A stretch of 54,669 bases of DNA from Octopus bimaculoides (lineage: Eukaryota). The DNA is taken from positions 10,374,265 to 10,428,933 of the forward strand of contig NC_069009.1 in the NCBI RefSeq assembly GCF_001194135.2, in the 5' to 3' direction. The translations under genes were made by a program, and so were the position numbers. This document shows positions 53,676 through 54,669 of this stretch, piece after piece. The notes beneath the pieces are model-generated. The model worked only from the letters and a program-made list of their open reading frames with translations, was not told where the DNA came from and ran no database searches. Position 1 is the first letter of the stretch. Every line of letters starts with the position of its first letter.

Positions 53676-54147
53676 CCATCACCATCATCATCGTCGTCGT
53701 CGTCATCATCATCAGCATAACTATCTTCATCAGCATCGTTATCACGAGCTTCATCACCATCAACAGCAACAACATTATCTTCGTCATCACTACCACCATC
53801 CCACTGTCCTCTGCCCCTTCCTCATATTCCTCCATACCAACAGGATTACCTCATTCATCCTCCTCCTTTCTACCATCAATATTATCATCATTTTCATTAT
53901 CAACTACTTTCGTTCTCCATCAAGTAATACTTTATATATTTATCACAAGGCACTTCCGTACATTTTCTAATCCTCTAGCATTTTATTTTATTTTATAGAC
54001 ATTTCGGTGATAGTAATAATTTGCAAAAAAGCTCCTTTTTATGTTTATCTCATCAGGCAAAATTTTATATTACAGATATTTGAATAAAAATAGTATCGAC
54101 AAAATTCAAGTAGGGACCTTTGATGATCTGCCCAGATTAAGATATCT
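858..54147 (+). CDS. Partial multi-exon gene: tandem array of 34 single-LRR exons (815 aa if all spliced); extracellular LRR protein, termini outside window
   Basis: 34 AG..GT-bounded exons read by hand, all phase 2-2. Junction codons are CTN/TTR Leu, with one ATA Ile, and no stops. Recurrent N-glycosylation sequons (NLS/NLT/NIS/NMT). One 72-nt exon per LRR is known from LGR/RXFP-type receptors, but family cannot be assigned without the termini. Confidence 0.85.
2044..2115 (+). CDS. LRR exon 2 (class D): same peptide as exon 1
   Basis: ttccag|72 nt|gtaagt; one synonymous change vs exon 1 (ctg/cta). Confidence 0.82.
2740..2811 (+). CDS. LRR exon 3 (class B): [23 protein letters not shown](L)
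   Basis: ttacag|72 nt|gtaagt, immediately after an N gap. Confidence 0.85.
4824..4895 (+). CDS. LRR exon 4 (class D): [23 protein letters not shown](L)
   Basis: ttccag|72 nt|gtaagt. Confidence 0.9.
5293..5519 (+). mobile_element. Tail fragment of the same Penelope-like family as 41209-41760
   Basis: Shares ttctctcttcgct.ctttgc...catgggct and ctctcttgctccga..catacttctcttcactc with 41525-41730. Confidence 0.6.
6853..6924 (+). CDS. LRR exon 5 (class A): [23 protein letters not shown](L)
   Basis: ttccag|72 nt|gtaagt. Confidence 0.9.
7356..7427 (+). CDS. LRR exon 6 (class B): identical to exon 3
   Basis: ttacag|72 nt|gtaagt. Confidence 0.88.
8599..8670 (+). CDS. LRR exon 7 (class A): [23 protein letters not shown](L)
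   Basis: ttccag|72 nt|gtaagt. Confidence 0.9.
9757..9828 (+). CDS. LRR exon 8 (class B): [23 protein letters not shown](L)
   Basis: ttacag|72 nt|gtaagt. Confidence 0.9.
10963..11034 (+). CDS. LRR exon 9 (class C): [23 protein letters not shown](L)
   Basis: ttccag|72 nt|gtaagtagaat. Confidence 0.9.
11127..11198 (+). CDS. LRR exon 10 (class A): [23 protein letters not shown](L)
   Basis: ttccag|72 nt|gtaagt; preceded by a 92-nt intron. Confidence 0.88.
11641..11794. repeat. (CTT)n microsatellite, representative of dozens of (CTT)n, (CAT)n, (CTA)n, (TA)n and (CA)n tracts
   Basis: Directly visible; these tracts generate most ORF-track hits. Confidence 0.95.
13711..13782 (+). CDS. LRR exon 11 (class B): [23 protein letters not shown](L)
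   Basis: ttacag|72 nt|gtaagt. Confidence 0.9.
14412..14483 (+). CDS. LRR exon 12 (class C): [23 protein letters not shown](L)
   Basis: ttccag|72 nt|gtaagtagaat. Confidence 0.9.
14754..15227 (+). mobile_element. Internally deleted Tc1/mariner (DD41D/rosa-like) relic, copy after exon 12
   Basis: Termini cagggtgacc...ggtcaccttg followed by TA; internal sequence matches the other four copies. Confidence 0.75.
15726..17050 (+). mobile_element. Penelope-like retroelement fragment (RT + GIY-YIG), degenerate
   Basis: [14 protein letters not shown] (RT motif A), [10 protein letters not shown] (motif B), RYLDD (motif C), LPFLD, then [18 protein letters not shown] (GIY-YIG-like); frameshifts and stops. 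17450-18290 may be its 3' region. Confidence 0.85.
18319..18390 (+). CDS. LRR exon 13 (class A): [23 protein letters not shown](L)
   Basis: ttccag|72 nt|gtaagt. Confidence 0.9.
19175..19246 (+). CDS. LRR exon 14 (class B): [23 protein letters not shown](L)
   Basis: ttacag|72 nt|gtaagt. Confidence 0.9.
20217..20288 (+). CDS. LRR exon 15 (class C): [23 protein letters not shown](L)
   Basis: ttccag|72 nt|gtaagtagaat. Confidence 0.9.
20506..21040 (+). mobile_element. DD41D/rosa-like mariner relic, copy after exon 15
   Basis: Translates [38 protein letters not shown]...DFY, with 41 residues between the DGA Asp and the last Asp; contains a stop. Confidence 0.8.
21698..21769 (+). CDS. LRR exon 16 (class A): [23 protein letters not shown](L)
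   Basis: ttccag|72 nt|gtaagt. Confidence 0.9.
22831..22902 (+). CDS. LRR exon 17 (class B): [23 protein letters not shown](L)
   Basis: ttacag|72 nt|gtaagt. Confidence 0.9.
23702..23773 (+). CDS. LRR exon 18 (class C): [23 protein letters not shown](L)
   Basis: ttacag|72 nt|gtaagtagaat. Confidence 0.9.
24036..24405 (+). mobile_element. DD41D/rosa-like relic, 3'-truncated, after exon 18
   Basis: Starts cagggtgacc; contains cagcaagatgaggccacc and gatgtctatctgtgggg (DxYLWG-like) segments. Confidence 0.75.
25315..25386 (+). CDS. LRR exon 19 (class A): [23 protein letters not shown](L)
   Basis: tttcag|72 nt|gtaagt. Confidence 0.9.
26797..26868 (+). CDS. LRR exon 20 (class B): [23 protein letters not shown](L)
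   Basis: ttatag|72 nt|gtaagt. Confidence 0.9.
28422..28493 (+). CDS. LRR exon 21 (class C): identical to exon 18
   Basis: ttacag|72 nt|gtaagtagaat. Confidence 0.9.
28759..29232 (+). mobile_element. DD41D/rosa-like relic, after exon 21
   Basis: ta-cagggtgacc start; ccgcattcaccagacttgaacacaccagatttttat = [12 protein letters not shown]; ends in (TA)n. Confidence 0.78.
29265..29999. repeat. Long inverted repeat, arms about 240 bp (29265-29509 and 29764-29999)
   Basis: e.g. gatcgtcagcgtagtctatcgatt vs aatcgacagactacgctgacgatc; only a few small indels or mismatches. Confidence 0.85.
29707..30045. mobile_element. MITE-like element with about 57-bp terminal inverted repeats (CAGTG...CACTG)
   Basis: 29707-29765 cagtggtctagcata...catacaaaaa is the near reverse complement of about 29990-30045; TSD uncheckable because of the adjacent gap. 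Confidence 0.55.
30770..30841 (+). CDS. LRR exon 22 (class A): [23 protein letters not shown](I)
   Basis: ttccag|72 nt|gtaagt; ends in AT, giving Ile when joined to exon 23. Confidence 0.9.
31951..32022 (+). CDS. LRR exon 23 (class B): [23 protein letters not shown](L)
   Basis: tcatag|72 nt|gtaagt; Asn-ladder position is Ser. Confidence 0.88.
33536..33607 (+). CDS. LRR exon 24 (class C): [23 protein letters not shown](L)
   Basis: ttccag|72 nt|gtaagtagaat. Confidence 0.9.
33872..34410 (+). mobile_element. DD41D/rosa-like relic, after exon 24
   Basis: tagggtgacc start; cagcaaaacggggccacc and gtaattgacaattttg segments shared with other copies. Confidence 0.75.
34611..34682 (+). CDS. LRR exon 25 (class A): [23 protein letters not shown](L)
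   Basis: tttcag|72 nt|gtaagt. Confidence 0.9.
36153..36224 (+). CDS. LRR exon 26 (D-like): [23 protein letters not shown](L)
   Basis: tttcag|72 nt|gtaagt. Confidence 0.9.
36418..36680 (+). mobile_element. tRNA-derived SINE, apparently a composite of two octopus-type SINE halves
   Basis: A-box-like ggctgtgtggtaag head; tail aaggcggtgctccagtatggccacagtc...ctgaaacaagtaaaa shared with 38477-38544. Confidence 0.7.
38477..38544 (+). mobile_element. 5'-truncated SINE with 10-bp target-site duplication
   Basis: Tail ggcggtgccccagcatggccgcag...gtaaaagag flanked by aacactacaa at 38467-38476 and 38545-38554. Confidence 0.75.
38857..38928 (+). CDS. LRR exon 27 (D-like): [23 protein letters not shown](L)
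   Basis: ttccag|72 nt|gtaagt. Confidence 0.9.
40429..40500 (+). CDS. LRR exon 28 (class E, B-related): [23 protein letters not shown](L)
   Basis: ttacag|72 nt|gtaagt. Confidence 0.9.
41209..41760 (+). mobile_element. Penelope-like element 3' end (GIY-YIG endonuclease + C/T-rich tail)
   Basis: [45 protein letters not shown] with a frameshift in (CT)n. Confidence 0.82.
41830..43900 (-). mobile_element. RTE-clade (BovB-like) LINE fragment, degenerate
   Basis: Minus-strand peptides [11 protein letters not shown] (endonuclease region), [39 protein letters not shown] (RT). Confidence 0.85.
44573..44644 (+). CDS. LRR exon 29 (D-like, paralog of 27): [23 protein letters not shown](L)
   Basis: ttccag|72 nt|gtaagt; a core Leu is replaced by Gln. 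Confidence 0.85.
45621..45676 (+). pseudogene. Dead class-E LRR pseudo-exon: [18 protein letters not shown]
   Basis: Aligns to the 3' part of exons 28/34. The acceptor and 5' part are missing, and the sequence is fused to a D-type upstream block. The donor position reads ttaagt instead of gtaagt. Confidence 0.8.
46761..46832 (+). CDS. LRR exon 30: [23 protein letters not shown](L)
   Basis: tgacag|72 nt|gtaagt. Confidence 0.88.
48535..48603 (+). CDS. LRR exon 31 (69 nt, 23-aa repeat): [22 protein letters not shown](L)
   Basis: ttacag|69 nt|gtaagt; one-codon in-frame deletion relative to paralog exon 32. Confidence 0.83.
50418..50788 (+). mobile_element. Full-length tRNA-derived SINE with (CAA)n tail and 12-bp TSD
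   Basis: A-box tggcccagtggtag and B-box ggtttcgattcc; TSD acttcactacca at 50406-50417 and 50789-50800. Confidence 0.85.
50980..51051 (+). CDS. LRR exon 32: [23 protein letters not shown](L)
   Basis: ttacag|72 nt|gtaagt. Confidence 0.9.
51689..51760 (+). CDS. LRR exon 33 (most divergent): [23 protein letters not shown](L)
   Basis: tcacag|72 nt|gtgagt; downstream intron unrelated to other units. Confidence 0.88.
52480..53420 (-). mobile_element. Degenerate Tc1/mariner transposase, DD37D/maT-like
   Basis: Minus-strand [22 protein letters not shown] (HTH-like), [11 protein letters not shown] (SDEK-like), [30 protein letters not shown]; subfamily is inference. Confidence 0.7.
54076..54147 (+). 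CDS. LRR exon 34 (class E): [23 protein letters not shown](L)
   Basis: ttacag|72 nt|gtaagt. Confidence 0.9.
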
Positions 54148-54669
54148 GTAAGTTGGCTTAGGCTTCTTGGTAATATTTCATTGCAAATATATATTACTAA
54201 ATATTTAAAACCTTCCAATTTTGTTTCGTGTGCCGTCTTTGTCACTCTTTACCTTCTCAATATCTTTTGACGGAAACGCGTGATTGTTTGTGAATGTCTA
54301 TAAATATGAGTGCCTGTGAGTCATGTTAATATAAATGTGTATTGGTATGTATTACATCTTGTTTTTGTACGTGAATATATATATATATATATATTTATAT
54401 ATAAAAACAAATAGTAAATGAGTATATGCATATATACGTACAGGTATGTGCATACCGACATCCACCTGTATGTATAGGTGCATATCTGGGTACAGGACAT
54501 TGCAAACAAACGTAGACGAGAACACACGAGCCACATAGAGAACATTCTACTTCATCAGCTACCCACGTTTTAACACCGGCGTTTCGACGAGCTTCGGGCA
54601 GGACCCATCGCTAAAACGGCTCGTCCCATGGATCGCAGATTAAATTTGTATACGCAAATTAAATCTAGC

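Noticed and set aside
858-54147. CRISPR-like repeat-spacer reading of the recurring 72-nt units
   Set aside because: Units are spliceosomal exons with kb-scale spacing in eukaryotic DNA, and there are no cas genes.
858-54147. Assigning a gene symbol (RXFP/GRL101, TLR, chaoptin, VLR)
   Set aside because: YLQNN/YLSHN starts resemble RXFP-type LRRs but are generic, and no diagnostic LDLa, cap, TM or TIR exon was found in the window.
269-54545. Long low-complexity ORFs in the ORF track (poly-F/L/S/K/E/H, or spanning N runs)
   Set aside because: They are translations of microsatellites and gaps with no domain content.
54540-54669. Minus-strand ctgatga and cgaaac motifs as a hammerhead
   Set aside because: I could not pair convincing stems, and the element is cut by the window end. 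It is probably a repeat terminus.

Overview
Eukaryotic, AT-rich, microsatellite-laden genomic scaffold with N-gaps. The SINE and repeat content suggests Octopus, which is inference from repeat recognition. The dominant structure is invisible to the ORF track: a + strand tandem array of 34 intact micro-exons (33 x 72 nt, 1 x 69 nt) plus one dead pseudo-exon. Each has a canonical AG acceptor and GTAAGT/GTGAGT donor, is symmetric phase 2-2, and encodes one extracellular-type leucine-rich repeat (xLxxNxI/MxxIxxxxFxxLxxLxxL). The exons fall into paralog classes defined by peptide and flanking intron. The centre is a higher-order (A-B-C)x6-A repeat, the 5' part holds rearranged, very recent copies, and the 3' part holds older divergent units. 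I found no signal peptide, LRR cap, LDLa, TM or TIR exon, so the gene ends lie outside the window. Any subset of exons splices in frame without a stop. The locus is therefore either a giant LRR ectodomain (815 aa or more) or a Dscam-like combinatorial LRR receptor locus, and sequence alone cannot decide which. Introns carry a DD41D mariner-like relic in most C units, Penelope-like and RTE retroelement fragments, a DD37D-like transposase relic, SINEs, a foldback repeat and a degenerate hammerhead-like motif.
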